A stretch of DNA of 64,000 bases from Patescibacteria group bacterium (GTDB lineage Bacteria; Patescibacteriota; Gracilibacteria; Peribacterales; Peribacteraceae): contig JALQTW010000001.1 of NCBI GenBank assembly GCA_023263945.1, positions 117,741 to 181,740 of the forward strand, read 5' to 3'. The notes under the pieces are model-generated. The model was not told the DNA's origin. It searched no databases and saw nothing but the letters and a program-made list of their open reading frames with translations. The position numbers and the translations under genes are program-made. Below, piece by piece: positions 52,716 through 61,960 of the stretch (position 1 is the stretch's first letter; each line of letters begins with the position of its first letter).

Positions 52716-52785
52716 CAGAGAAGAAATCAGAAGTCAGTAGGCAGAAGGCAGCAAGAAAACTGTCTTCTGACTTCTGCATTCTTTC
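52716..52785. repeat. CAGAAG-word hairpin in the divergent rpmB / M50 protease spacer
   Basis: CAGAAGTCAG (52728-52737) pairs perfectly with CTGACTTCTG (52767-52776). The inner pair GAAGGCAG / CTGTCTTC matches at 7/8. Confidence 0.7.
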
Positions 52786-52818
52786 CCATTCTCGCGTATA
52801 CTACAACTCTCTCATTCT

Positions 52819-53484
52819 ATGGAATTTTTAACTCCCCCTTTCATCATCGCCATCCTCCTCGCTCTTTCTTGGCATGAGGCAGCACATGCGCTCATCGCAT
52901 ATCGGCTTGGCGACCCCACCGCGAAGTATGAAGGCCGTCTGACACTTAACCCCATCGCGCATTTGGATCCACTTGGCACACTCATGTTTTTATTTGTTGG
53001 ATTTGGATGGGGCAAACCTGTGCCGGTCAACCCGCGCTACTTCAAACACTACAAACGCGACACTGCCCTTACGGCGCTTGCAGGGCCGGTGAGTAATCTG
53101 ATCTTGGCCTTCGTTGCATTCATTTTGCTGGCATTCTTTTTTCCAGCAGCACTTTCAGGATCCGTCGATTCTCTTGTGCATCCCGTGAGCGGAGGAATGG
53201 CATGGCGGAAATTTCTTGTTGAGGTTCTCGCAAATTCACTCTTCCTCAATCTTGGCTTGATGGCGTTTAACTTACTTCCCATCGCTCCGTTGGATGGCTC
53301 CAAAATTATTGCACCATTTATTCCGGCAGGATTTGATGAAATGTATGAGCGATTCTTGCGCCAAGGTCCGTTTATTCTTCTTTTTCTTCTTGTCGCTGAA
53401 CGAGCATTCAACTTTCCGTTTTTGATTTATTGGATTGAGGGGATTATGAATGGGGTCTTGAAGATCATGGGAATTTTTGTTTAG
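52819..53484 (+). CDS. site-2 protease family (peptidase M50) membrane metalloprotease
   Basis: 221 aa. HEAAHALIAYRLGD (HExxH), NLLPIAPLDG, and multiple TM helices. Confidence 0.8.
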   Translation: MEFLTPPFIIAILLALSWHEAAHALIAYRLGDPTAKYEGRLTLNPIAHLDPLGTLMFLFVGFGWGKPVPVNPRYFKHYKRDTALTALAGPVSNLILAFVAFILLAFFFPAALSGSVDSLVHPVSGGMAWRKFLVEVLANSLFLNLGLMAFNLLPIAPLDGSKIIAPFIPAGFDEMYERFLRQGPFILLFLLVAERAFNFPFLIYWIEGIMNGVLKIMGIFV

Positions 53485-53495
53485 TCCGTAGAATT

Positions 53496-53852
53496 CTAAG
53501 GAAATAACAATGTATTCACTTTTTCTTGCAGATCATCAATTTTTTTTGCTGCCTGAGAATCATTATCTCTGATGTATAAAATACAAGCACATTCCATAAT
53601 TGTATTCAGTGTACCTAACACATCGTGACGAACGAGTGAGGCGCGAACTTCGTCACTGACAGATGTAATTTTCGTTAACGCAATCGCGCGACAAAACGTA
53701 TCAAGAACTTCGCCATTCTGACTCAAACGAAACGGTTCATTATTATGAGCAATGCATTCTTCATCCATAGCGTCGAGAATTTCTCGAGCTTCTTGCTCGG
53801 ATTCTATAGCCTTACTGAGTAGCTCGTGAAAGGAGGTAGGGCCATTTGCCAT
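53496..53852 (-). CDS. hypothetical protein (118 aa, helical)
   Basis: A clean ORF with lower GC. No family recognised. Confidence 0.4.
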   Translation of the reverse strand: MANGPTSFHELLSKAIESEQEAREILDAMDEECIAHNNEPFRLSQNGEVLDTFCRAIALTKITSVSDEVRASLVRHDVLGTLNTIMECACILYIRDNDSQAAKKIDDLQEKVNTLLFP

Positions 53853-54008
53853 AATATATACATTTTAAACATATTTTGATTTTTAATCAATGGAGCCGCT
53901 GAAACTAGAAAAGTCCATTGCAACAAGTTTATGCTGCATAGCAGTAAGCTCTCTAGTTTGCTCCCAAGATGCATGCTCAAAGTGCTCAACTCAATAGAGT
54001 GGAAATGA

Positions 54009-54050
54009 TTGCTTTCCATGATAATTCCATATAGAATAATCATGTATTCT
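54009..54050 (+). promoter_or_regulatory. candidate toxin-antitoxin promoter (TTGCTT-17-TAGAAT) overlapped by an inverted repeat AGAATA-6-TATTCT
   Basis: -35 at 54009-54014, -10 at 54032-54037, inverted repeat at 54033-54038 / 54045-54050. This is the typical layout of an antitoxin operator. Confidence 0.4.
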
Positions 54051-54061
54051 CATCATTTTCT

Positions 54062-54346
54062 ATGCTTTCTGAATTCATCTCCATTACAAACCTCCAACGG
54101 CATCTGAAAAAAGTTTTTTATTCCAACAAACCTATCCATCTTGTCTTGAGCAATAATGAAGTGAGCGGCATTGTGTTTTCCAAAGAGGCCGCGGAAAAAC
54201 TCTTGGAATCTGGCGCACTGGATCAACTACGCGAAGAATTATGGGAACTGGACGATAAGGAGACGAGAGATCTTGTAATCCGCAGCAGAAAAGGAAAAAC
54301 GAAATCTGTTCCATTTCGTGATTTTGCGAAGGAATATGGCATATAA
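54062..54346 (+). CDS. type II antitoxin (Phd/YefM-like)
   Basis: 94 aa, immediately upstream of and overlapping the RelE-like gene by 11 nt. N-terminus: ISITNLQRHLKKVFYSNKPIHLVLSNNEVSGIVFS. Confidence 0.6.
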   Translation: MLSEFISITNLQRHLKKVFYSNKPIHLVLSNNEVSGIVFSKEAAEKLLESGALDQLREELWELDDKETRDLVIRSRKGKTKSVPFRDFAKEYGI

Positions 54347-54605
54347 TATTCTCATTGAAGATATCCGCGTATGGAAGAAAGATTGTGCTTCTATTCCACG
54401 CGATCGGCTGCAGCTCGTTGTTCGAAAAATCTACGCTTTAGAGAAAGATCCGTGGGCTAACAATGTTCAGGTAAAACAATTGAAGGAATATGGCATTGCA
54501 GATTTCCGTTTGCGTGTTGGTGACTATCGCGTGCTATTCAATAAAGATGAGGATACAAAAACAATCCAGCTTTTACGGCTGCTACATCGGTCGAAGTTAT
54601 ATTGA
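54336..54605 (+). CDS. type II toxin, RelE/ParE family
   Basis: ATG at 54336. 89 aa: MAYNILIEDIRVWKKD ... DFRLRVGDYRVLFNKDEDTKTIQLLRLLHRSKLY. Confidence 0.7.
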   Translation: MAYNILIEDIRVWKKDCASIPRDRLQLVVRKIYALEKDPWANNVQVKQLKEYGIADFRLRVGDYRVLFNKDEDTKTIQLLRLLHRSKLY

Positions 54606-54612
54606 CTCAATG

Positions 54613-54687
54613 TGGAGCCGCTGACGGGAATTGAACCCGTGACCCCCTCCTTACCATGGAGGTGCTCTACCCCTGAGCTACAGCGGC
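54613..54687 (-). tRNA. tRNA-Thr (anticodon GGU), CCA encoded
   Basis: Minus strand: acceptor GCCGCTG/CAGCGGC, D stem GCTC/GAGC, anticodon stem CCTCC/GGAGG with loop ATGGTAA, T arm ACGGG-TTCAATT-CCCGT. Confidence 0.9.
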
Positions 54688-54714
54688 AAATTGTTTTGAA
54701 TCGAATAAGCCTGC

Positions 54715-54752
54715 CGAGTCTACAAGCTATACGCTACAGGCTACAAGCTATG
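54715..54752. repeat. single-armed word array TCTACAAGCTATACGCTACAGGCTACAAGCTATGAC
   Basis: CTACAAGCTAT is repeated, with a CTACAGG variant. It lies between tRNA-Thr and the sufU stop. Confidence 0.45.
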
Positions 54753-55149
54753 ACAGCATCTCCGTCCAACTTCTTTCCTTCTCGCCCCCTCCCTTCCGTA
54801 CAGCATTCTTCACGGTGTGCAGTGCAAGGAGGGCACACTTGATGCGGCGTGGGCCAACAGGGACACCAAGAAGATCATGCATGAATTTCGGTTCCAATTG
54901 ATCAATCTCTTCAAGTTTTTTACCAATCAATTCTTCGCTGATCATCGACATCCCTGCTTGACTGATGGCACACCCTTCACCGCTCCAGCCAATTTGTTCA
55001 ACCTTTCCATTATTGATGATTAATTGAACAGTCAATTCATCACCGCAACTGGGGTTTTTCTCTTTATGTTCAATGGTGGGATTTTCAAGAGATGTCTTTC
55101 CACGTGGGTGCCTGTAATGGTCCAGAATATTTTCGGCGTAGAGATCCAT
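54748..55149 (-). CDS. sufU: SufU/IscU-type Fe-S cluster scaffold
   Basis: The internal ATG at 55149 gives MDLYAENILDHYRHPRGK ... NPSCGDELTV ... GEGCAISQA ... RIKCALLAL. Confidence 0.85.
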   Translation of the reverse strand: MDLYAENILDHYRHPRGKTSLENPTIEHKEKNPSCGDELTVQLIINNGKVEQIGWSGEGCAISQAGMSMISEELIGKKLEEIDQLEPKFMHDLLGVPVGPRRIKCALLALHTVKNAVRKGGGEKERSWTEMLS

Positions 55150-55371
55150 AAAAGGTATAGAATAGTAGCATGCAACCCGTCGATAAAGTACGGGACACAG
55201 ATGCAAACATGGCCCGGTGGCTTGTGAGTATTTGGGATGTTTATCGCTACTCATCACATGTCATTGGCACCAGAAATGCACTTCGGGGATTGTTTCTCTC
55301 TTCCCTACAAGACAAAAGAGGCATTTTATCTGAAGAGATGTATGACAGGTTATATCTGTTTGCGCAGGCCT

Positions 55372-56613
55372 TTATGCAGATCTTGCAGCAGAATGAGAGC
55401 CATCAAGTTGATGAATACTCTCCTCAAACAATTTCGCAAACTGATCCAATTCCTCAGCAGAATTATACACACCCACAGACAACCGAGACGACGCTAGAAC
55501 CCCCAGACGCTTGTGCAGCGGTTGCGTGCAGTGATGTCCCGCCCGAAGCATCACTCCTTCCTGACTTAGGAGTTGTGTCAGATCATGTGGGTGAATGCCA
55601 TCGAGCGTAAAGCTGATACAGCTGACTTTTTGAAAGGGATTGAGAGCACCGAGGATTGTGACAGGTTTCACGGTAGCACGTTGCAGGATATCGAGGATGT
55701 GAGTCAGGAGTGATTGTTCATGTTTTTGAATTTCATCGAATCCGATTTGTTCGATCCATTCCATCGCCGTACGCAATCCCACTGCTTCGGCAATGGCAGG
55801 AGTTCCTGCTTCAAATTTTCGTGGAAGTTCCGCTGTCGTAAAGTGATTGGTTGTTACTTCTCCAATCATGTCGCCACCACCTAAGAAAGGAGGCATTTTT
55901 TCGAGAAGATTTTCTTTTCCGTATAACACTCCAATTCCTGTAGGGCCATACATTTTATGACTGGAGAAAGCCAAGAAATCACAGTCAAGCTTTTGTACAT
56001 CCATGCGTTCATGTAGAGCCATCTGTGCAGCGTCAATCATGATCACAGCACCTTTTGTATGTGCGAGTTCGATCATCGTTTCGATGGGTGATCGAATGCC
56101 AAGAACGTTGCTTACAGCAGATACACTCACGAGTTTTACAGGATGATCGGCAAGAATTTTTTTGTATTGATCGAGATCGATCATTCCATCGTTGTTGATA
56201 TCAACCCACTCAATTCTTACACCAAGTTCATCTTTCAGCTGCAACCATGGAACAATGTTGGAGTGATGCTCCAGAATCGTCAGAACAATGACATCATCTT
56301 TTTTCAGGATCGATCGTCCATATGTTTTTGCAACAAGGTTGATGCTCTCGGTCGTATTCCTTGTGAAAATAACTTCATGAGATTTTTGTGCGTTGATGAA
56401 TTTCTGCACGACCTTCCGCGCATCGTCATATGCAAGAGTCGCGGCCTCTGCCAGTTTGTGCACGCCTCGATTAATATTTGCATTCGATGTTTTGTAAAAC
56501 TGGTCCATTGCATCCAGTACAACCTGTGGTTTCTGTGTGGTTGCGGCGTTATCCAGATAGATAAGATTAGGTTGAAGTAACGGAAACTGCCTACGAATGG
56601 AGTTAATATCCAT
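55372..56613 (-). CDS. sufS: cysteine desulfurase, SufS type (class V aminotransferase)
   Basis: The internal ATG at 56613 gives MDINSIRRQFPLL...IYLDNAATTQKP. Motifs: SSHKMYGPTGIGVLYG (PLP Lys) and RAGHHCTQP (catalytic Cys). Confidence 0.9.
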   Translation of the reverse strand: MDINSIRRQFPLLQPNLIYLDNAATTQKPQVVLDAMDQFYKTSNANINRGVHKLAEAATLAYDDARKVVQKFINAQKSHEVIFTRNTTESINLVAKTYGRSILKKDDVIVLTILEHHSNIVPWLQLKDELGVRIEWVDINNDGMIDLDQYKKILADHPVKLVSVSAVSNVLGIRSPIETMIELAHTKGAVIMIDAAQMALHERMDVQKLDCDFLAFSSHKMYGPTGIGVLYGKENLLEKMPPFLGGGDMIGEVTTNHFTTAELPRKFEAGTPAIAEAVGLRTAMEWIEQIGFDEIQKHEQSLLTHILDILQRATVKPVTILGALNPFQKVSCISFTLDGIHPHDLTQLLSQEGVMLRAGHHCTQPLHKRLGVLASSRLSVGVYNSAEELDQFAKLFEESIHQLDGSHSAARSA

Positions 56614-56622
56614 TGAGAGGAG

Positions 56623-56650
56623 ATTATAAATGCCAAAGGCCAAATACCAA
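56623..56650 (-). promoter_or_regulatory. candidate leaderless promoter of sufS (TTGGTA-16-TATAAT-9 nt-ATG)
   Basis: Read on the minus strand: -35 at 56645-56650 (inside the CCAAATACCAAA word), -10 at 56623-56628, ATG at 56613. Confidence 0.5.
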
Positions 56651-56734
56651 ATGTCAAACAATAGGAAACAAATGACAATTTGCTCTTAATCTTTAAGTGT
56701 TGTTTGGCCCTTGTCCTTTGGCATTTGGCATTTT
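56628..56734. repeat. quasi-palindrome filling the divergent spacer between sufS and the GT-C membrane protein gene
   Basis: AAATGCCAAAGGCCAAATACCAAATGTCAAACAA (56628-56661) and TGTTTGGCCCTTGTCCTTTGGCATTTGGCATTTT (56701-56734) pair at about 24/33 positions. The 14-mer GCCAAATACCAAAT also occurs at 47740-47753. Confidence 0.7.
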
Positions 56735-56757
56735 CATCCTGTATCCTCAGGACCTCT

Positions 56758-59622
56758 ATGACCGATTCGACTATCAGACGCCTGAGCATGGTGCTCTTCG
56801 GCCTCACCTTGGTGTGGGGCCTTGGGACGTTCATTATCTATTTGGGCGTTCCCGTGCATGGGCTTGTCTATATGACAGATGCACAAAATCAGGCGGTGCT
56901 GCAGGCTTGTCCTGGGGACGGAGCAACGTTGGGAAATCAATTGTGCAGAGGAATTGAGCTTCTCTTCCCTTTTATTGGTCGTCTCTTTGCAACGTCTCAA
57001 CCTCTGTGGGGATACGTCATTATCTCGCTTCTTGCGTATGGCATCTTCCTCCTTGTTCGTGCATTTAAGACAGGACGTTTTGTCATCGAAACAGTGATCA
57101 CACCACTGCACCTCGTTGGAGGATTTGTTCTCTCTATTTGGCTCTTTGGAACGGTGTTGTCATTTGGCTCTCTCTATCGAGATCTCGATGGAGCTCCCTT
57201 CCGTCGCTTCTATGAACCGACGCCGCAGGTTTACAGTTCTGCAGGCGAAGAGGCGCTGAAGGAATTGCAGGACAACTATCAATCACTACTCAATCGCGGT
57301 TGCCTGAGCGAGTTCGCAATGACGAATAATGGAGCGAAAGTGTACAACTTAAGTCCTTTTTGTATTCAGGGGGCGATGTTCGTTCGTGTTGGAACGCAAC
57401 TTGCACTCATCTTCCTCCTCTTCTTTAACTTTCTCATTGCAGGTCGGCTTGTTCTTCGCCTTCTCACCAAAAAGGGAGGGGAAGAATTTTCTCCACTTCT
57501 GGAATGCGTGTTCAGTTTGAGTTTGGGGTCGTTGGTATGGGTTATTGCTTTGTGGGTTCTGGCTGCATTGGGACTGCTTCATGCTCCCATTGAGCTTGCA
57601 CTGTTCTTTGGACTTCCGCTTGTTGCCTTTCCGCAGAGTTTGTATTGGCTCAAAAGCAGCGTACAGAGAAAAATCTACGTTGATGAATCCACGGGCCATC
57701 TCATGTGGCTTCTTGTGTGGCTTCTCATCAGTTACCTTGCACTGAACTTCCTGAACGTAGTGCGTCCTTTCCCCATCGGCTGGGATGATCTTGGAAGTTA
57801 TTTGAATCGTCCCCATCTTCTTGCAAGTTACGGGTCGTTCATTCCGTCCATGCCCACCTTCCAATGGGAGTATCTGGCGGCAATGGCATATTCCATGTTT
57901 GGCCTTGAGAGTATCGCAGGATCTACCTTCGCCATGATCATCAACTGGTCGGCAGGATTCCTCTCTGTTCTTGCTGCATACGCGTTTGGTCGTGTGTTCT
58001 TTGGTCAGAAAGGGGGAATTCTTGCTGCTATTCTGTATTACTTCCTGCCGATGACAGGGCATTTTTCGTTTGCGGATATGAAGATTGATAACGCGTCTTT
58101 CTTCACGTCTGCCCTGAGTGCGCTCGCTGTGTTTATCTATCTCTTTGGAACACCGGGACTGGAATCTCAAGAACATCTAAAAGGTAAAAAAATACTTCTC
58201 CTTCTGGGAGGAGCACTTGCTGCATTTGCATTCGCCATTAAACCGACAAGCGTTCTTATGATTCTCCTCCTCCTTTCTGTTCTCACAGGAAGTGCGATGG
58301 GGGCGTTTGGATTTGCTGCTGTTGCAGTCGCTTCATTTGTTGTCATGACAGCGTTCACACCGTTTAGCATCAATGATATTGCAGAAAAATTGGGAATGCC
58401 TCTCGCAGCGGATCCTGTCTTTGTGCGGCATGTAGCCATGCTTGTTTTTGGTGTCATCGCGCTCATTCTGGGAGCCTTTTCTCTGCGCAAACATCACCAT
58501 CATTGGAAGGCTGCTGTTCTATCCATCCTTTTCTTTGCCATAGGAATGGGTGCTGCGGCGCTTCCATGGATGGCACATAACGCGTGGAGTTATGGGTACA
58601 TCAGAGTCTCCTCCCTTATCAGTTATAAAAACACGCTCTCTCCGTACATGACATTCCTTCAGAAAGAGGACGTGCCGGAAGATCTTGGACTTCCTGAAAG
58701 CAAGATCCATTACCTCCCTCCAGAGCTCAAATTGAACCCTGAAGATCCCGCCTGCAAAACCTCTGCAAAAGTAGAAGAGCTGGATCGCTACTGGGGTTTT
58801 GGAACAGGGTGGAAGCATTACCTCACTCTTCCATGGAGAGCGGTCATGAATAGTGATGCCGTTGGGTACTACGTTACCCTTATGCCAGCATTGCTGCTTC
58901 TTCCGCTTCTTTTGTTGCTTCCATACTTCTGGTCCAGAGAAGGGAGGTGGCTTCGGTTCCTCTTTGCAGGATCATTCGTGTTTCTCATTCAGTGGATTTT
59001 CGTTGCAAACGGCATCATCTGGTATGGGCTTGGCATGTTCCTGGGTTTCTCCATCGCATTGGAAGCACTTGTGCGCAAAGCCCCCGATCCTCCCAATCGC
59101 ATTCTTGCGGGAGTGCTCATCACGCTCTCCATCCTTGTCTGTCTGGCAAACCGCATGTGGCAGTTTGATGTGCAAAAGAATCTCTTTGAGTATCCACTAG
59201 GGAAGGTGAGTGCAAGTGGCATTCGTGAAGTAACCATTCCTCTCTATGACAATATTCGCGATAGCGTTGTCTCACGTCATGAATCCATGCCAGAGCGCCC
59301 CTACACATACCGCATGGGGACCTTCATTCCGTACTTCATTCCAAAAAATGCAGAAATCTTCCCCATTGCGGATAATCAGTTGCAGTTCTTCAACTGTATC
59401 GATCAAGAGAGAGACCACGCGCTTACCCTCAAGCGTCTGCAGGCTCTTGGTTTCAACAGCATGATTTTCGATACGAATACGGCCACCATCGAAAAGGATG
59501 AAAACGGAACACTCCACCAGAAAGTGAATGCATTCCTGAGCTTTGCAAACGACCCTTCCCTGGGTCTCACGCGTGTATACAGTGAACCGGAACTAGGCAT
59601 TGCGTACCTGCTTCTTCCGTAA
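56758..59622 (+). CDS. large polytopic membrane protein, probable GT-C-fold glycosyltransferase (PMT/ArnT-like)
   Basis: 954 aa from the ATG at 56758, with more than 15 predicted TM helices interrupted by loops and a soluble C-terminal domain of about 120 aa. It lies immediately upstream of a GT2 polyprenyl-phosphate sugar synthase-like gene. The family call is by architecture, not by a motif I can name. Confidence 0.5.
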   Translation: MTDSTIRRLSMVLFGLTLVWGLGTFIIYLGVPVHGLVYMTDAQNQAVLQACPGDGATLGNQLCRGIELLFPFIGRLFATSQPLWGYVIISLLAYGIFLLVRAFKTGRFVIETVITPLHLVGGFVLSIWLFGTVLSFGSLYRDLDGAPFRRFYEPTPQVYSSAGEEALKELQDNYQSLLNRGCLSEFAMTNNGAKVYNLSPFCIQGAMFVRVGTQLALIFLLFFNFLIAGRLVLRLLTKKGGEEFSPLLECVFSLSLGSLVWVIALWVLAALGLLHAPIELALFFGLPLVAFPQSLYWLKSSVQRKIYVDESTGHLMWLLVWLLISYLALNFLNVVRPFPIGWDDLGSYLNRPHLLASYGSFIPSMPTFQWEYLAAMAYSMFGLESIAGSTFAMIINWSAGFLSVLAAYAFGRVFFGQKGGILAAILYYFLPMTGHFSFADMKIDNASFFTSALSALAVFIYLFGTPGLESQEHLKGKKILLLLGGALAAFAFAIKPTSVLMILLLLSVLTGSAMGAFGFAAVAVASFVVMTAFTPFSINDIAEKLGMPLAADPVFVRHVAMLVFGVIALILGAFSLRKHHHHWKAAVLSILFFAIGMGAAALPWMAHNAWSYGYIRVSSLISYKNTLSPYMTFLQKEDVPEDLGLPESKIHYLPPELKLNPEDPACKTSAKVEELDRYWGFGTGWKHYLTLPWRAVMNSDAVGYYVTLMPALLLLPLLLLLPYFWSREGRWLRFLFAGSFVFLIQWIFVANGIIWYGLGMFLGFSIALEALVRKAPDPPNRILAGVLITLSILVCLANRMWQFDVQKNLFEYPLGKVSASGIREVTIPLYDNIRDSVVSRHESMPERPYTYRMGTFIPYFIPKNAEIFPIADNQLQFFNCIDQERDHALTLKRLQALGFNSMIFDTNTATIEKDENGTLHQKVNAFLSFANDPSLGLTRVYSEPELGIAYLLLP

Positions 59623-59623
59623 C

Positions 59624-60292
59624 ATGCGACTTGCTGCGGTTATTCCGGCCTTCAATGAGGGGAGCAGGATTGGTTCCGTCATCCAAGCGGTTGCACCCTA
59701 TGTGCATGCTGTCATTGTCGTGGATGATGGCTCTCATGACGAGACTGCATCTGTTGCTGCATCGCATGGAGCGACGGTGCTCACGCATCGTGAAAATTGC
59801 GGCGCGGGAGCTGCCACTATGACGGGGTTAGATGCTGCGCGTCGCATGGAGTTTGATGCCGTCATTACAATTGATGCCGATGGGCAACATAATCCGGCGG
59901 ATATTCCACGCCTGATTGAATCGTTGCAAACAGAAAAGTCCGATCTTGTCATTGCAAACCGCTTTGGCCAGAAGAATTCGATCCCCACAATCCGTCGCCT
60001 CTTTAACGCCATTGGGAATGTGGTGACGTTTGCCGCGACGGGCATGTATCTCTCGGATAGCCAATGTGGTTTTAAGCTCTTTGGTCCCAAAGCGCTTCAA
60101 GAGGTGGACCTGAAAATGTCCGGCTTTGAATTCTGTACAGAAATCATTCGTGAAGCGGTTCAAAATAAATGGAAAGTGACATCGATCCCCACCAAAGTGG
60201 TGTATTCTGACTACACCCTGGCAAAAGGACAGTCGTTTGCAGGTGGCGTGCAGACGGCACTCAAGATCCTCCTCCGTTCCTTCCTCCGATGA
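59624..60292 (+). CDS. GT2 glycosyltransferase, polyprenyl-phosphate sugar synthase-like (DPM1/GtrB-like)
   Basis: ATG at 59624, 1 nt after the upstream stop. AAVIPAFNEGSRIG ... VVDDGSHDET ... ITIDADGQH ... QCGFKLF. Confidence 0.8.
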   Translation: MRLAAVIPAFNEGSRIGSVIQAVAPYVHAVIVVDDGSHDETASVAASHGATVLTHRENCGAGAATMTGLDAARRMEFDAVITIDADGQHNPADIPRLIESLQTEKSDLVIANRFGQKNSIPTIRRLFNAIGNVVTFAATGMYLSDSQCGFKLFGPKALQEVDLKMSGFEFCTEIIREAVQNKWKVTSIPTKVVYSDYTLAKGQSFAGGVQTALKILLRSFLR

Positions 60293-60621
60293 CTATCACT
60301 CCCTACCAAATCATCGTTCCGCTTATCTCTCTCTTCCTTGTCGCGTATGCCTGGAGCCTTGTCATGCGTCAGAAGAAGACGCTATGGGAAGGGTGTCTGT
60401 GGACACTTTTTTGGGGAGTTATTTCCTGCCTCGCATTGTTTCCAAGCAGCCTTCAGTACGTGAGCCGCATCACGGGGATTCGGCGCAATGAAACGGCGGT
60501 TGTTGTCACTGCAATCGGTGTGCTCTTCTTCATGATGTTCTATGTCATTATTCGTATTGAGGAGCTACAACAGCGAATCACCAAGCTAACGAGGGAGGAT
60601 GCGCTGAAAGACCTCAAGTAA
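60289..60621 (+). CDS. DUF2304-like small membrane protein
   Basis: 110 aa with 3 TM helices plus a C-terminal amphipathic helix (RIEELQQRITKLTRE). It overlaps the GT2 gene by 4 nt, the usual partner arrangement. Confidence 0.55.
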   Translation: MTITPYQIIVPLISLFLVAYAWSLVMRQKKTLWEGCLWTLFWGVISCLALFPSSLQYVSRITGIRRNETAVVVTAIGVLFFMMFYVIIRIEELQQRITKLTREDALKDLK

Positions 60622-60679
60622 GAATTGAGAATTTAGAATTGAGAATAAAAAGGATATCTCAATTCTGTATTCTCAATTC
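60622..60679. repeat. 22-bp GAATTGAGAAT-word hairpin
   Basis: GAATTGAGAATTTAGAATTGAG (60622-60643) pairs with CTCAATTCTGTATTCTCAATTC (60658-60679) at 20/22 positions. Confidence 0.75.
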
Positions 60680-60738
60680 ACAATTCTTCCTTTCGCCGGT
60701 CTTTTCTGAGGCTCGTGGACCCGCTACGATACATCTTC

Positions 60739-61887
60739 ATGGACCACCTCACAAAAACTGCTTCCAGAGCTCTTGCTACGGGTAAGAAGATTCTTCTTGT
60801 AAGCCCGTACTGGCTGGAAGATCACCGCTGGATGATCAGCTCTGTGAAATTAAGCGAACTTTGGCAGAGAATGGGGTATTCGGTGACGGTAGTGTGTATG
60901 GGATCGAAAAATCATAGTGAGATGATGTCTGAAACGCTCACAGTGCATTATCGAAAAGATTTCTTTTTTCCAGATCCCTTGAATTACGGCATCGCATTCG
61001 GATTTTCTAAGTATGTAGAGAAAGTCGCACGAGAACTGCAGCCCGATCATGTGATCATCAACAAGGTCTTGTTTTGGTCTTCGCTCGCCATCTTCAGATT
61101 AAAGAAGATGGGTTATTCTGTGTTGCTCGTCACAGATGCACTTGTCGGCATCACGTGGAAACCACGTCATTGGTATTCGAAAGTTATCATGTCTCTTGGT
61201 GCATGGACAGTGGGGAAGAGGGTTCTCCGCGCAGCGTCCCGCATCGTCTTTTTTCATCCTCAGCCATTGGATGTTTTACAGAAGCTGATGATCGATCAGA
61301 AAAGTATTGTCATTCCTACAGGTATCGATCCATCCCTGTTTTCGACGGGTGATCGATCATCGATTCTTCGTATCACGTATGTCGGTCGTCTGGAATCTGT
61401 AAAAGGAGTGGATGATTTTTTGGCAGCAGCGAAGAATGTGAAGGAGAAACATCCCGAAATTGTCATCCAGGTGGTCGGTTGGTACAAAGATCGCCACGAT
61501 CTTGTAGAGAAATATCAATCTCTTGTGACGTTTACGGGTCTTTCGCGAGATATTCCTACGGTCCTCCGTGATACCGATATTTTTGTTCTCCCAAGTTACT
61601 CAGAAGGTCTCAGTAATGCGCTGATGGAAGCCATGGCGAGCAATTGTGCGTGCATAGCAACAGAAGTAGGAGGGAATACGTTTTTGATTGAAAACAATGT
61701 TTCAGGACTTCTCTTCAAGCCGGGGGATAGAACGACATTACAAAGTCATCTCGAAACATTGATCAATGACGTATCACTTCGTACAACACTCGGTGCCGCT
61801 GCGAGGACACGTATTGAAACAATTTTTTCATGGGAGCATGTCATGAAACACTACGCACAGATGTTCGAAACAATGAAGAGAGAATGA
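60739..61887 (+). CDS. GT4-family (group 1) glycosyltransferase
   Basis: ATG at 60739. C-terminal block: VGRLESVKGVDDF ... FVLPSYSEGLSNALMEAMASNCACIATEVGGN. Confidence 0.8.
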   Translation: MDHLTKTASRALATGKKILLVSPYWLEDHRWMISSVKLSELWQRMGYSVTVVCMGSKNHSEMMSETLTVHYRKDFFFPDPLNYGIAFGFSKYVEKVARELQPDHVIINKVLFWSSLAIFRLKKMGYSVLLVTDALVGITWKPRHWYSKVIMSLGAWTVGKRVLRAASRIVFFHPQPLDVLQKLMIDQKSIVIPTGIDPSLFSTGDRSSILRITYVGRLESVKGVDDFLAAAKNVKEKHPEIVIQVVGWYKDRHDLVEKYQSLVTFTGLSRDIPTVLRDTDIFVLPSYSEGLSNALMEAMASNCACIATEVGGNTFLIENNVSGLLFKPGDRTTLQSHLETLINDVSLRTTLGAAARTRIETIFSWEHVMKHYAQMFETMKRE

Positions 61888-61960
61888 TGAGAAATTTTTG
61901 ATCATCTTTTTCAATTCGATCAATCCATCATTTGTTGCTTCCGATGTATACTTTCTCTCC

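Noticed and set aside
53853-54061. Hidden integrase or recombinase remnant in the TA islet
   Set aside because: The 160-nt AT-rich segment has no ORF longer than 30 codons in any frame, and no recombinase motifs are recognisable.
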